In this document: positions 19,031 to 27,600 of the stretch, in pieces
How the letters are laid out: every line of letters starts with the position of its first letter
How positions within the stretch are numbered: position 1 is the first letter of the stretch
The notes under the pieces: model-generated
Databases searched by the model: none
The model's input: the letters and a program-made list of their open reading frames with translations, nothing else
Told to the model about the DNA's origin: nothing
Assembly (NCBI GenBank): GCA_024276795.1
Contig: JAJRWK010000103.1
Span: 1,110-65,109, forward strand
Direction of reading: 5' to 3'
Length of the DNA stretch: 64,000 bases
DNA from: an archaeon
GTDB lineage: Archaea; Asgardarchaeota; Heimdallarchaeia; Heimdallarchaeales; JAJRWK01
Translations under genes and position numbers: made by a program

Positions 19031-19094
19031 GTGCAGCAAAATAGGCAAAACAAGTCCAAAAGATTAAGAAAAAAAGCAAAAAACTAGAACCAGA

Positions 19095-19358
19095 ATGAAA
19101 ATCTTGGTTACCATCCATACTGAAGATCAAGTCAAAGAAATCAATCTTCAAATTGACAACGACAAAGCCTCATTCTTAGACATTTATCATGAACTTGTCA
19201 CGAAAGAAAGCCTAGCCGAAGCCAAGGAAGACCCAATTGTAGCTGTGCGAAGCAAAGACAATCTCCGAGACTGGGAAGAAACAGTCAAAACCGACACAAA
19301 CACCATTCAATTCTACACCTTTTCTCATGAAATTGGAAAACAAGTATTTTGGCACTAA
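19095..19358 (+). CDS. thrS: threonyl-tRNA synthetase N-terminal fragment (TGS domain), ends at an in-frame TAA
   Basis: The sequence has a TGS-like beta-grasp N-terminus and ends ...GKQVFWH*. It is in the same frame as ORF 19458..21089. Confidence 0.75.
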   Translation: [87 protein letters not shown]

Positions 19359-19457
19359 TCAGCACACCTCCTCGCACAAGCTGTCCTCAACGTCATTCCA
19401 AAAGCAAAACCAACAATCGGCCCTCCAATAGAAGAAGGGTTCTACTATGACTTCTTC

Positions 19458-21089
19458 ATGGGGGATTACAGTGTAACTGACAAAGACATTAAACAGATTA
19501 ATACAAGATTAAAACGAATCCAAAAGGGAAGAATCATTTCAGAAAGAGTTTGGATCCCCAGAGACGAAGCAATAGAATATTATGAAAAACTTCAAAACAA
19601 GTTCAAAATTGAAATCATCAATGAGGATATTCCGGAAGATCCCATATCCTTTTACAAACACAAGACCGCAATCGGAGAATTCCTAGATTTGTGCAGAGGC
19701 CCACACATGAGACCAGGACTAAAGGTGGGGGCAATAAGAGCCCTCAACTCATCAAGCGCCTTCTGGAGAGGAAACCAAGAGAGAGAAAGCCTCCAAAGAA
19801 TCTATGGAATAAGTTTTCCAACTAAACAACAATTAGACGAATATTTCCACTATCTAGAAGAAGCCAAAGCAAGAGACCATCGAAAGCTAGGCATTGAGCT
19901 CGACTTATTCTTCATGCATGAATGGGGACCGGGTACGGGGTTTTTCACTCCAAAGGGGGCAAAAGTCTACAACCTCATCTCACAATATCTCCAAGAATTA
20001 TATGAGAAAAACGGCTATTTCTTCGTCAGAACACCACAAATATTCAAATCAGAACTTTGGAAATGCTCTGGGCACTATCAAAAATACAAGGAAAATATGT
20101 TCTGGATTGACCAAGAAAAAAGCGGTTGGAACGAGGAACTAGGAATCAAGCCAATGAACTGTCCAGGGCATGCATTACTCTTCAAGAGACGAATCCCCTC
20201 CTATCAAGAACTTCCACTAAGATACGCAGAATATGGCTTCTTGCACCGAAACGAAGCCTCAGGAACGCTCCATGGGCTGCTTAGGCTTATCGGCTTCGTG
20301 CAAGATGATGCCCATATCTTCTGCAGAGAAGACCAGTTAGAAGAAGAACTCCAGCGATTGATTCAACTCGTAAAAGAGATTTACAAAACCTTTGGCCTTG
20401 AGGACTATGAAGCCGTTGTAAGCACAAAACCAGAACAATACATAGGATCAGATGAGATATGGGAAAAAGCAGAAACAATCCTATTCGAGGTAACACAAAA
20501 CGTAGGCATGAATGTTAAAGAAAACCCAGGAGATGGTGCTTTCTACGGACCAAAAATAGATTTCATCTTTAGAGACTCTCTCAAGCGAAAATGGCAATTG
20601 GGAACAATTCAACTTGACTTCAACCTTGGACCAAATTTCGAGCTTAAGTATATGGCAAGAGACGGATCTTTTGCAACACCAGTCGTCATACACAGAGCGA
20701 TTCTAGGATCCATTGATCGATTCCTTGGTGTCTATATAGAACACACCAAAGGAGCATTTCCGTTGTGGCTATCCCCTACCCAAGTAACAATCATTCCCGT
20801 AAAAACAGACTCTAAAGAAATCGCAGAAAAATGCAAGGAGATAGAGCAGAAACTTCTTGAGCATGGAATAAGAGCAGAAACTGATTTCAGCGACAATACT
20901 CTTCAAAAGAAAATAAGGCGAGCACAAGTACAGAAAATACCATACATGCTTGTTATAGGACAAAAAGAGGTTGAAAACGACACCATTAGTGTGAGAAAAA
21001 GAGACGAAACTGTTAGACATGGAATGAAGGTAAACGAGTTACTGGAAGAAATCCTCACAAGAATAGACAATAAAGATCCAGGGTTATGA
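19458..21089 (+). CDS. thrS: threonyl-tRNA synthetase, editing/catalytic/anticodon-binding portion
   Basis: Class-II core motifs include RDHRKLG, LRYAEYGFLHRNEASGTLHGLLRLIGFVQDDAHIF and FYGPKIDF. The homologous sequence already begins at 19359 ([10 protein letters not shown]...GFYYDF), immediately after the TAA. Confidence 0.9.
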   Translation: MGDYSVTDKDIKQINTRLKRIQKGRIISERVWIPRDEAIEYYEKLQNKFKIEIINEDIPEDPISFYKHKTAIGEFLDLCRGPHMRPGLKVGAIRALNSSSAFWRGNQERESLQRIYGISFPTKQQLDEYFHYLEEAKARDHRKLGIELDLFFMHEWGPGTGFFTPKGAKVYNLISQYLQELYEKNGYFFVRTPQIFKSELWKCSGHYQKYKENMFWIDQEKSGWNEELGIKPMNCPGHALLFKRRIPSYQELPLRYAEYGFLHRNEASGTLHGLLRLIGFVQDDAHIFCREDQLEEELQRLIQLVKEIYKTFGLEDYEAVVSTKPEQYIGSDEIWEKAETILFEVTQNVGMNVKENPGDGAFYGPKIDFIFRDSLKRKWQLGTIQLDFNLGPNFELKYMARDGSFATPVVIHRAILGSIDRFLGVYIEHTKGAFPLWLSPTQVTIIPVKTDSKEIAEKCKEIEQKLLEHGIRAETDFSDNTLQKKIRRAQVQKIPYMLVIGQKEVENDTISVRKRDETVRHGMKVNELLEEILTRIDNKDPGL

Positions 21090-21111
21090 AAAGCATTAAG
21101 AAACACTATAA

Positions 21112-21678
21112 TTATAATGCTAATTCATCCGAATCTTCATCTAGCTGAATAAGGGGGACAGATTCTTCTATCGAATCGAGGGCAGGGATATCAGGAGTCC
21201 TCAGAAGGTAGCGATCAATAAATGCCTCTGCAACCTTAATCATTTTCGGATCAACCAAACGGATGGGAGAACCCGGGGGATGAGGATATTTCAATTGTTG
21301 CCGGTACTCCCCTAATAAAGAACCCAAATGCAAAGCAAGTGTTCGATTTTCATTGAAGTGTTCATGAAGCTTAAGAGCTAAAGGAGCATATTGAGCTTTT
21401 AATGGGCTGATTTGTTCGGCTAGGCTATGGATTTCTCTGACGAGATTCTTTTGTTCTTCCAACAAAACATCAATCGGTGTTTCCTCAAAACTAACTCCCA
21501 AACCGAGTTTTCGAACAACGGGATAGCCTAACCGAATATACTTGTGGATAAGTGGAGGGGCAAGCATATTGTCTCCTAATTGAGACTGTGAAACTTCAAT
21601 CTTCATTCTAACCTCACTAGCTCTTCCACTGATTCTTGATCGAAACCAACCTAATATTCCCACAATGGACACCACCAC
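21112..21678 (-). CDS. hypothetical protein with acidic C-terminal tail (probable start at the internal MKIEVSQ)
   Basis: The ORF sits 4 nt downstream of ORF 21683..22045 on the same strand. No motif was recognised. Confidence 0.4.
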   Translation of the reverse strand: MVVSIVGILGWFRSRISGRASEVRMKIEVSQSQLGDNMLAPPLIHKYIRLGYPVVRKLGLGVSFEETPIDVLLEEQKNLVREIHSLAEQISPLKAQYAPLALKLHEHFNENRTLALHLGSLLGEYRQQLKYPHPPGSPIRLVDPKMIKVAEAFIDRYLLRTPDIPALDSIEESVPLIQLDEDSDELAL

Positions 21679-21682
21679 TTAG

Positions 21683-22045
21683 TTACAGATCTCCTAACAA
21701 TCGCTCCAAATGATCATGAATTTGCTTAGCAATCAGATATTCCTCTTCAGCCCTCTTAAGAGAACCCTCAAGTTGCGGAAGAACGCGAGAGAGATATTCA
21801 ATCTCGCCCTTCAATGCAAATATTCTGTTGCGATAATGAATGACGGAAAGGTATAAACGCAACCATTCGTCCCATTGGGGATATTCTTGTTGAATACGCT
21901 CCATTTCTTTTCCAACACGAATCAGCTCACAAAGGGATTCTGATAAACTAAGTCCATAGCGCTCCGAAATGCGCCGAACAAGAAAATAGTCCTCACGGGA
22001 TAACCACAAATCTACCTTCTCATCACTCAAACCAATCAACACCAA
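21683..22045 (-). CDS. ribbon-helix-helix-like protein with coiled-coil C-terminus
   Basis: KVDLWLSREDYFLVRRISERYGLSLSESLCELIRVG fits the strand-helix-helix pattern of CopG/RHH folds. A heptad-rich region follows. Confidence 0.4.
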   Translation of the reverse strand: MVLIGLSDEKVDLWLSREDYFLVRRISERYGLSLSESLCELIRVGKEMERIQQEYPQWDEWLRLYLSVIHYRNRIFALKGEIEYLSRVLPQLEGSLKRAEEEYLIAKQIHDHLERLLGDL

Positions 22046-22324
22046 ATATTACAAAGTAGATAATGAATTTATCCGAATTAGGGAAAAGTTGATACACAAC
22101 GTACAATAGATCACAAGAGAGTACCAGCACATTTTACAAGCATATTCGGGATCCCAAGCAACTGGGCTTCAGAAGAAATGAATATAGCAGTAGAACCACA
22201 CCAAACATTACTATCCCACTTTCGCCACAAGATCGCAAATAACAACAGTCGTCCCTTGCATCTCCAGTTCTGCAACACAAAACAGGTTATAGACACAACT
22301 AACTCATAAGACAAGATTTTAGTT

Positions 22325-23065
22325 ATGGGCTTTCTAAGAGATGCATACATGTCTTCAGTATTTTCGGAACCTATTGATGAAAAGAGGTTCTTAGCAAAGG
22401 CTGCGATTGATTATCTTCCGCAGTCGGGGGTGGTTGGTCTTGGTAGTGGTTCAACGGTGAATGAGTTTATTTCTGTTTTTTCTCGGGTAAAGGACAATTT
22501 TGACCTGTCCTTCGTTCCGGGATCCTTTCAAACAGAGTTCCACCTACTTAATGCTGGTCTTCATGTTGTATCTTTGAGAGAGTTTCCCAAGCTAGAGCTC
22601 GTAATTGATGGTGCAGATCAGTTCACATCAGAGAAGGCACTCTTGAAGGGAGGCGGTGGAGCTCTATTTAAAGAAAAAATCCTTGCCGCAAATACTAAGC
22701 AGTACTTGATCTTAGCTGGGAGGAAAAAATTTGTTGATCAATTAGGATCAAGAGGAACCCCTATTCCCATTGAGGTTTCACCCTTTGGAGTTTCTTCATT
22801 TGTTTCCCACATTGTCCAGCGCTTTTCGTCTCAGTTAAAGGCGCAGATCAGAGTTGAATCCAACAGGAACAATCCATTCTTGACCGAGCACGGGAATTTT
22901 ATTGTGGATTTGTACTTTTCTCGTCCTATTGATGATCCCGCTTCTTTTGATAAGGATCTAAAACTAGCCCGTCCTGAAGTTTTATGCACGGGGATCTTTG
23001 CTGGTTTTTCGCCAGTAATCTTGACGACAGCTACCGACGATTCTAACGTTCTAGTGAAACTGTAA
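22325..23065 (+). CDS. rpiA: ribose-5-phosphate isomerase A
   Basis: GLGSGSTV, VIDGADQ and KGGGGALFKEKI motifs are present. The start is more likely the ATG at 22349. Confidence 0.9.
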   Translation: MGFLRDAYMSSVFSEPIDEKRFLAKAAIDYLPQSGVVGLGSGSTVNEFISVFSRVKDNFDLSFVPGSFQTEFHLLNAGLHVVSLREFPKLELVIDGADQFTSEKALLKGGGGALFKEKILAANTKQYLILAGRKKFVDQLGSRGTPIPIEVSPFGVSSFVSHIVQRFSSQLKAQIRVESNRNNPFLTEHGNFIVDLYFSRPIDDPASFDKDLKLARPEVLCTGIFAGFSPVILTTATDDSNVLVKL

Positions 23066-23095
23066 AACCGTGATTATGTGGAGCAAGCAAGAGAT

Positions 23096-23359
23096 TTAGG
23101 GTTTGAGCATCTCAAGAATAAACGTTCTCCCTCTCGTTTCTCTTATTCGTGAGTGTGTTTTTTTTGCGGTCTGTTCAGCAATTTGCTTTACTTCTTCTTT
23201 TGTCATTTTGGGGAGAATCTTGATTTTAATGATTTTGTGTCTTTCGAGGCGAGCCTTGATCTCTTCTAAAATGCTACTGGTCAATCCGTGTTTGCCTATA
23301 TGAATATCTGTGGGACCATGCTGTACTGAGGTTATGTTTCTCGGTGTTTTACTGTTCAT
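23096..23359 (-). CDS. CRS1/YhbY (CRM) domain RNA-binding protein
   Basis: HIGKHGLTSSILEEIKARLERHKIIKIKIL matches the YhbY signature. Confidence 0.75.
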   Translation of the reverse strand: MNSKTPRNITSVQHGPTDIHIGKHGLTSSILEEIKARLERHKIIKIKILPKMTKEEVKQIAEQTAKKTHSRIRETRGRTFILEMLKP

Positions 23360-23417
23360 TTTTTTCGCCTTGCTGTTTTGGTGGTTTTAGAGAAGAGGAA
23401 AGCATGGCGTCAAACCA

Positions 23418-24131
23418 TTAAGATTTTCTTCTAATGTAAACAAAGTTGAGGATAGGTAGAAGAATAACGAGCCCGATCATTGCGTAAATAAATCGTTTCT
23501 CTAATGAAGCATCAAATTCAGGCAACTGTATGTATGATGCTCGGGGATCCTCTCCACTTGTTGTTCTGAAGTTGATTTCGGCAGTATTTGTAAGCTGTGA
23601 TTGAAGATCGCCCCAATTGTCGTACCAAGTGACATTTGCTGCTGGAATTGTAAGAATTTCTGAATCTTTGAGAACATACTTGAACGAGACTCCGAATTCA
23701 AGGATTTGGCCTATTTCTAGTTTTGACACTGTGATGTTGAAGTAGGTGGTATTTGCGTAGAAGCTATAGACTTGAATATCTGAGGGTGTTATAGTATTTG
23801 GTATTCCTGTAACGTTGGTTATTTGTATCGAAGTCCCATTGAGTTGACCAAAAGGTGTGTCTGTTATTTTTAATGCGTCTTTGTGGATTCTATGTTCTAT
23901 CGTGATATTTGTCATAGTGTAGTTTGTATAATTCTTAACGAGAATCGTCTCGTTTGCTTCTTCGCGTATTCCAAAGGGCCCTTCGTTCACGAGGAGAAGT
24001 GTTATTACCTTGTTTTCTGGAATATATGCATTTGGGGAAGCAATTATTAGCAAGAATAGACTGAAGACAAGTATTCCTTTGTTTGGGAGTCTCATGAGTT
24101 GCACCTTCTCTACTTTCACGGCACAGTCCAC
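23418..24131 (-). CDS. secreted/type-I anchored sequon-rich protein
   Basis: It has an N-terminal signal-like helix, at least 10 N-x-S/T sequons, and a C-terminal TM helix plus basic tail (GLVILLPILNFVYIRRKS). Confidence 0.5.
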   Translation of the reverse strand: MDCAVKVEKVQLMRLPNKGILVFSLFLLIIASPNAYIPENKVITLLLVNEGPFGIREEANETILVKNYTNYTMTNITIEHRIHKDALKITDTPFGQLNGTSIQITNVTGIPNTITPSDIQVYSFYANTTYFNITVSKLEIGQILEFGVSFKYVLKDSEILTIPAANVTWYDNWGDLQSQLTNTAEINFRTTSGEDPRASYIQLPEFDASLEKRFIYAMIGLVILLPILNFVYIRRKS

Positions 24132-24329
24132 CCTATTTGAATATTCCGTTGAACTACGATTCTTCTGCTTTATCTTTTTCTCTTCTCTCGTTTTGATCTC
24201 CTTTAAAGAGAGACGTTTAAAAGAAAAAGGGCATTTTTCTCAAAAAAAGTATACAAGATTAGATCATCAAAACAAACCTAGAACAACCAGAGGTCGTGGG
24301 TTTAAGTAAGAAACTTGTGAACAATCCGC

Positions 24330-24692
24330 GTGGAATACGAAGAACCGCACGATAATGAGCCCTCTGAAGAATTCATTCCAGGAGTTCACGCCTATTGGTT
24401 GTATGAGGTTCTAAGAGGACTAGGATTTACAGAACTTCTTAAAGAACGAACAGTGGAAGCATTTCAAGAACTGGGTTTGTCCGAGAGTAAAATTGATGCC
24501 ATCCTTGAAGAGATAAGTTTTAACACACGAGATCATGGAAAAATGGAAGTGGCCTACACCGCGGAATCGTTAAGAGTACTACTTAGAGCAATGCTTGGGC
24601 GAGAAGTCTATCCATGGGATCCTGAACCACAACTTGTCGTAAGAAGAATCTACCACTTCCTCCTCAGCAATGGGTATAACCCAAGCTTTTAG
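24330..24692 (+). CDS. hypothetical protein (GTG start)
   Basis: ORF only; no motif recognised. Confidence 0.3.
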   Translation: MEYEEPHDNEPSEEFIPGVHAYWLYEVLRGLGFTELLKERTVEAFQELGLSESKIDAILEEISFNTRDHGKMEVAYTAESLRVLLRAMLGREVYPWDPEPQLVVRRIYHFLLSNGYNPSF

Positions 24693-24699
24693 TAGAGCG

Positions 24700-25074
24700 C
24701 TATTTCTTTTTTGATCGCAAAAACATAACCGCAGCAGCAAGATCTCCTCTAGTCTTGATCAAGGCCTCTTTAGCTTCATCATGAGTTGCTTTTGCATTCT
24801 TCGCTACTAATTCAATGTCTGAATCTTTCAGAGAAGAAGCATCAAAAGAAGGCTCAGAAGAACCCTCCGAACTTCTCCTTGGCCTCCTAACATAGGATCC
24901 CACGATTTGAAACACATCAACACCTTGCATGTTGGTCAGATTAACCGTTGGGTTAGAAATAACGATTTCCTCGTTCTGAGTCCTGATAATAACCTCTTCT
25001 GCGTCAATTTCCTCAACTTTTAAGTTCTTCATCATGCGTCGCATGTTGCGGGGTGAAACTCGACGGCCACTCAT
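24700..25074 (-). CDS. nac: nascent polypeptide-associated complex protein (NAC alpha, with UBA domain)
   Basis: A NAC domain (VEEIDAEEVIIRTQNEEIVISNPTV..QGVDVFQIVG) is followed by a C-terminal UBA domain (DIELVAKNAKATHDEAKEALIKTRGDLAAAVMFL). Confidence 0.85.
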   Translation of the reverse strand: MSGRRVSPRNMRRMMKNLKVEEIDAEEVIIRTQNEEIVISNPTVNLTNMQGVDVFQIVGSYVRRPRRSSEGSSEPSFDASSLKDSDIELVAKNAKATHDEAKEALIKTRGDLAAAVMFLRSKKK

Positions 25075-25147
25075 ACAAACCTACTAAAAAATGTCTAATT
25101 CATAAGGATTTTTTATCTTCAAATGAAGGGTAAGTTAGGTTAAACAA

Positions 25148-26593
25148 ATGATGTTAGAATGGGTAAACAGAGTCTTGGAAAAAGACACCATGAGCCTCCA
25201 CCTCCGATCAGGAGCACCCCCAGTTGCGAAAAGAGGAAGACCCGGTAGCTGGCAACTAGTCCAGATTGACGATACACCCCTTCACGAGGAAGAACTCCTT
25301 CAACTAGCAGACGATCTCATAAGACTAGCAGATGAAGAAAGAGATTCCTTCATCGAACAAGACACAGAGACCTCACAAGTGCTGCAAGTAAAAAACATGA
25401 GAATCGTTATAGCATATCCTCCATTCAGTGATGCACTAGAAATAACGATTGTCAAGCCAATTACTACAAAAACGCTCGATGATTATGAACTACCAGAAAA
25501 GATACTAGATCGTTTACAAAACAAAGCCGAAGGAGTGGTCATAGCTGGAGCACCGGGTGCGGGAAAGTCAACATTCGCGGCAGCAATTGCGAAATTCTAT
25601 GCAGATCAAGATAAAGTGGTAAAAACAATAGAAAAACCACGAGACTTGGTCGTGGACGAAAGGATTACACAGTATACAATTGTGGATAACGATCCAGAAC
25701 ACACGGGAGACATAATCCTCCTCCTCAGACCAGACTATGTCATATTTGACGAAATGAGAAAAACTCGAGACTTTGTCGTATTTGCAGACATGCGACTAGC
25801 TGGTATTGGCATGGTCGGCGTTGTACATGCAACAAGACCAGTAGATGCGATTCAAAGGTTCATCGGAAGAGTCGATGCAGGACTGATTCCGAGCGTTGTT
25901 GATACAATCATTTTCATAGAAGACGGATCTGTCTCAACAGTACTAGCCCTCCACATGGTTGTCAAGGTTCCCACAGGATTCGCAGATGAAAGCCTAGCTA
26001 GACCCGTCGTTGAAGTAAAAGACTTCATGACAGGCAATTTGCTATATGAAATCTATTCATTTGGAGAACAAATCGTCATGATTCCCATCCAGGCGACAGA
26101 AGAAAAACAAAACAAAGAACAAAAACAGATAGCCAAGAGAGTCAGAAAAGAAATCGCCCGAATTATTAGTGGACCCATCGAAACAATTCCCCTTAGAGCA
26201 GGAAGAATCGAAGTAAGAGTTCCCGAGAGTCAAATCCCTCGTCTCATCGGAAAAGGAGGAAAAGTAATATCAAAACTAGAAAATAAACTAAATATATCAA
26301 TAGACGTCTCTCCGATCAACGGGAACAACCATTTGGAACTTGAGAAAGAATACGGAGACATAGCAGGAAGAAAACCAGCAATCGTTGAAAGAAGAAAAAA
26401 ACATGTCGTTATGATTCTTCCCTCGCAACTAGCTGGAAAAACCGTAAACATATATGTTGGAGACAAGCACTATGGGGTTTTCACAGTCAATGAGATCGGT
26501 GAAATAAGGCTTTCCAAATCATCAAAGATTGCAAAACATGTTGCGCAAGCAAGCGATTACAACATACCAATTACTTACCAAGCAATCAGCTGA
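25148..26593 (+). CDS. PilT-family ATPase with KH domain
   Basis: Walker A (GAPGAGKSTFAAA) and Walker B (VIFDEMR) motifs are present, with a C-terminal KH motif (IPRLIGKGGKVISKLE). Confidence 0.75.
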   Translation: MMLEWVNRVLEKDTMSLHLRSGAPPVAKRGRPGSWQLVQIDDTPLHEEELLQLADDLIRLADEERDSFIEQDTETSQVLQVKNMRIVIAYPPFSDALEITIVKPITTKTLDDYELPEKILDRLQNKAEGVVIAGAPGAGKSTFAAAIAKFYADQDKVVKTIEKPRDLVVDERITQYTIVDNDPEHTGDIILLLRPDYVIFDEMRKTRDFVVFADMRLAGIGMVGVVHATRPVDAIQRFIGRVDAGLIPSVVDTIIFIEDGSVSTVLALHMVVKVPTGFADESLARPVVEVKDFMTGNLLYEIYSFGEQIVMIPIQATEEKQNKEQKQIAKRVRKEIARIISGPIETIPLRAGRIEVRVPESQIPRLIGKGGKVISKLENKLNISIDVSPINGNNHLELEKEYGDIAGRKPAIVERRKKHVVMILPSQLAGKTVNIYVGDKHYGVFTVNEIGEIRLSKSSKIAKHVAQASDYNIPITYQAIS

Positions 26594-26656
26594 AGAAAAA
26601 CCCGATCAAAACAACAACTTCATTAATATAGTTGCAAGGCCTTTTTCACAGAGAAT

Positions 26657-27088
26657 ATGCAGATAAGATTACTTGATATCTTAGCAGACCCCGACACAAA
26701 AACATGGCCTCTCAAACTAGTGCCATTCGAAAAAATAACAACCGAACGCGATATAACAGCTCCCCCTTATGAAGAAACCAGATTGTATTGCCGTTTCTAT
26801 TGTGCTCGCCATGATGTTTTTTTCGTTAAAGAGGAAAATGGAAAAGAAATCCGAATACCGAAAGAAAAATGGGTAAAGCAGGTAGACGCAAAAGATTGCA
26901 AAACATGCATAAAGGAAGAAATCATTGAGGGGGTTCTAATCAGTCAAAGAAATGACAAAAAGCAGTGGTTCCCAATTGTCGATGAAATACCAATCATGTT
27001 TCCAGACGAATTACGAGACAAATCAATTGATAATAGCTTTATATCAAAACACGAGAAGAAACTCAAAGAACTAGGCCTAGATCTTTGA
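26657..27088 (+). CDS. Trm112-like (DUF343) protein with internal insertion
   Basis: The N-terminal LLDILADP.. and C-terminal WFPIVDEIPIMFPDE match the Trm112 pattern (YPI.dGIP.ml). The usual N-terminal Cys pair is absent. Confidence 0.5.
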   Translation: MQIRLLDILADPDTKTWPLKLVPFEKITTERDITAPPYEETRLYCRFYCARHDVFFVKEENGKEIRIPKEKWVKQVDAKDCKTCIKEEIIEGVLISQRNDKKQWFPIVDEIPIMFPDELRDKSIDNSFISKHEKKLKELGLDL

Positions 27089-27107
27089 ACTTCGAAAACA
27101 AATATTC

Positions 27108-27209
27108 TGGCGGGCTGGCGGGGGCTTGAACCCCGGACCTGTTGCTTTCACCGAGGAGAAGAATATAAACCATAGGAGGCAACCGCTCTTCCTACTGAGC
27201 TACCAGCCC
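27108..27209 (-). tRNA. tRNA-Arg(CCU) with a 26-nt intron at 37/38, 3' CCA encoded
   Basis: The reverse complement reads GGGCTGG/TA/GCTC-AGTAGGAA-GAGC/G/GTTGC-CTCCTA[TGGTTTATATTCTTCTCCTCGGTGAA]A-GCAAC/AGGTC/CGGGG-TTCAAGC-CCCCG/CCAGCCC/G/CCA. Confidence 0.85.
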
Positions 27210-27600
27210 AAATCATTCCAAGCTAAGAAGAAATAGCTTTTGGGTTTTTCGATTTGGCTATGAGAGTCCAGTGCTTAAATGCTGAAAAACAACCAAAATC
27301 ACCAAGAATCAATATTGGAATACCAAGTCTTGATGCGTGACTGAGAGCACATGATGCCGAGACCACCACTATTTGTCCCACAAAACCGAAATCAGTGATG
27401 CGACCGTTGTGCTTGCCTCGCTTAAACATAGTTGGGTCATAGTGCCAGATAAAAATAGCACAAAAAAATGCAAAGTACAAACAACTTACTAAATTCCCGA
27501 TATGATTAAATCACCCTAAGTTTTTTTAGTCGAGAAAGAGTTGTGTATCTTAGAAGAAAACTTTCCAATAAGTATCACATAATCGTGGAAGGGTAGTCAC

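Noticed and set aside
27223-27480. An 85-aa minus-strand ORF in the 390-nt gap after tRNA-Arg.
   Set aside because: I could assign no motif, it has an alternate start, and its composition is unconvincing. The gap remains unexplained, but I could not support a gene or a structured RNA there.
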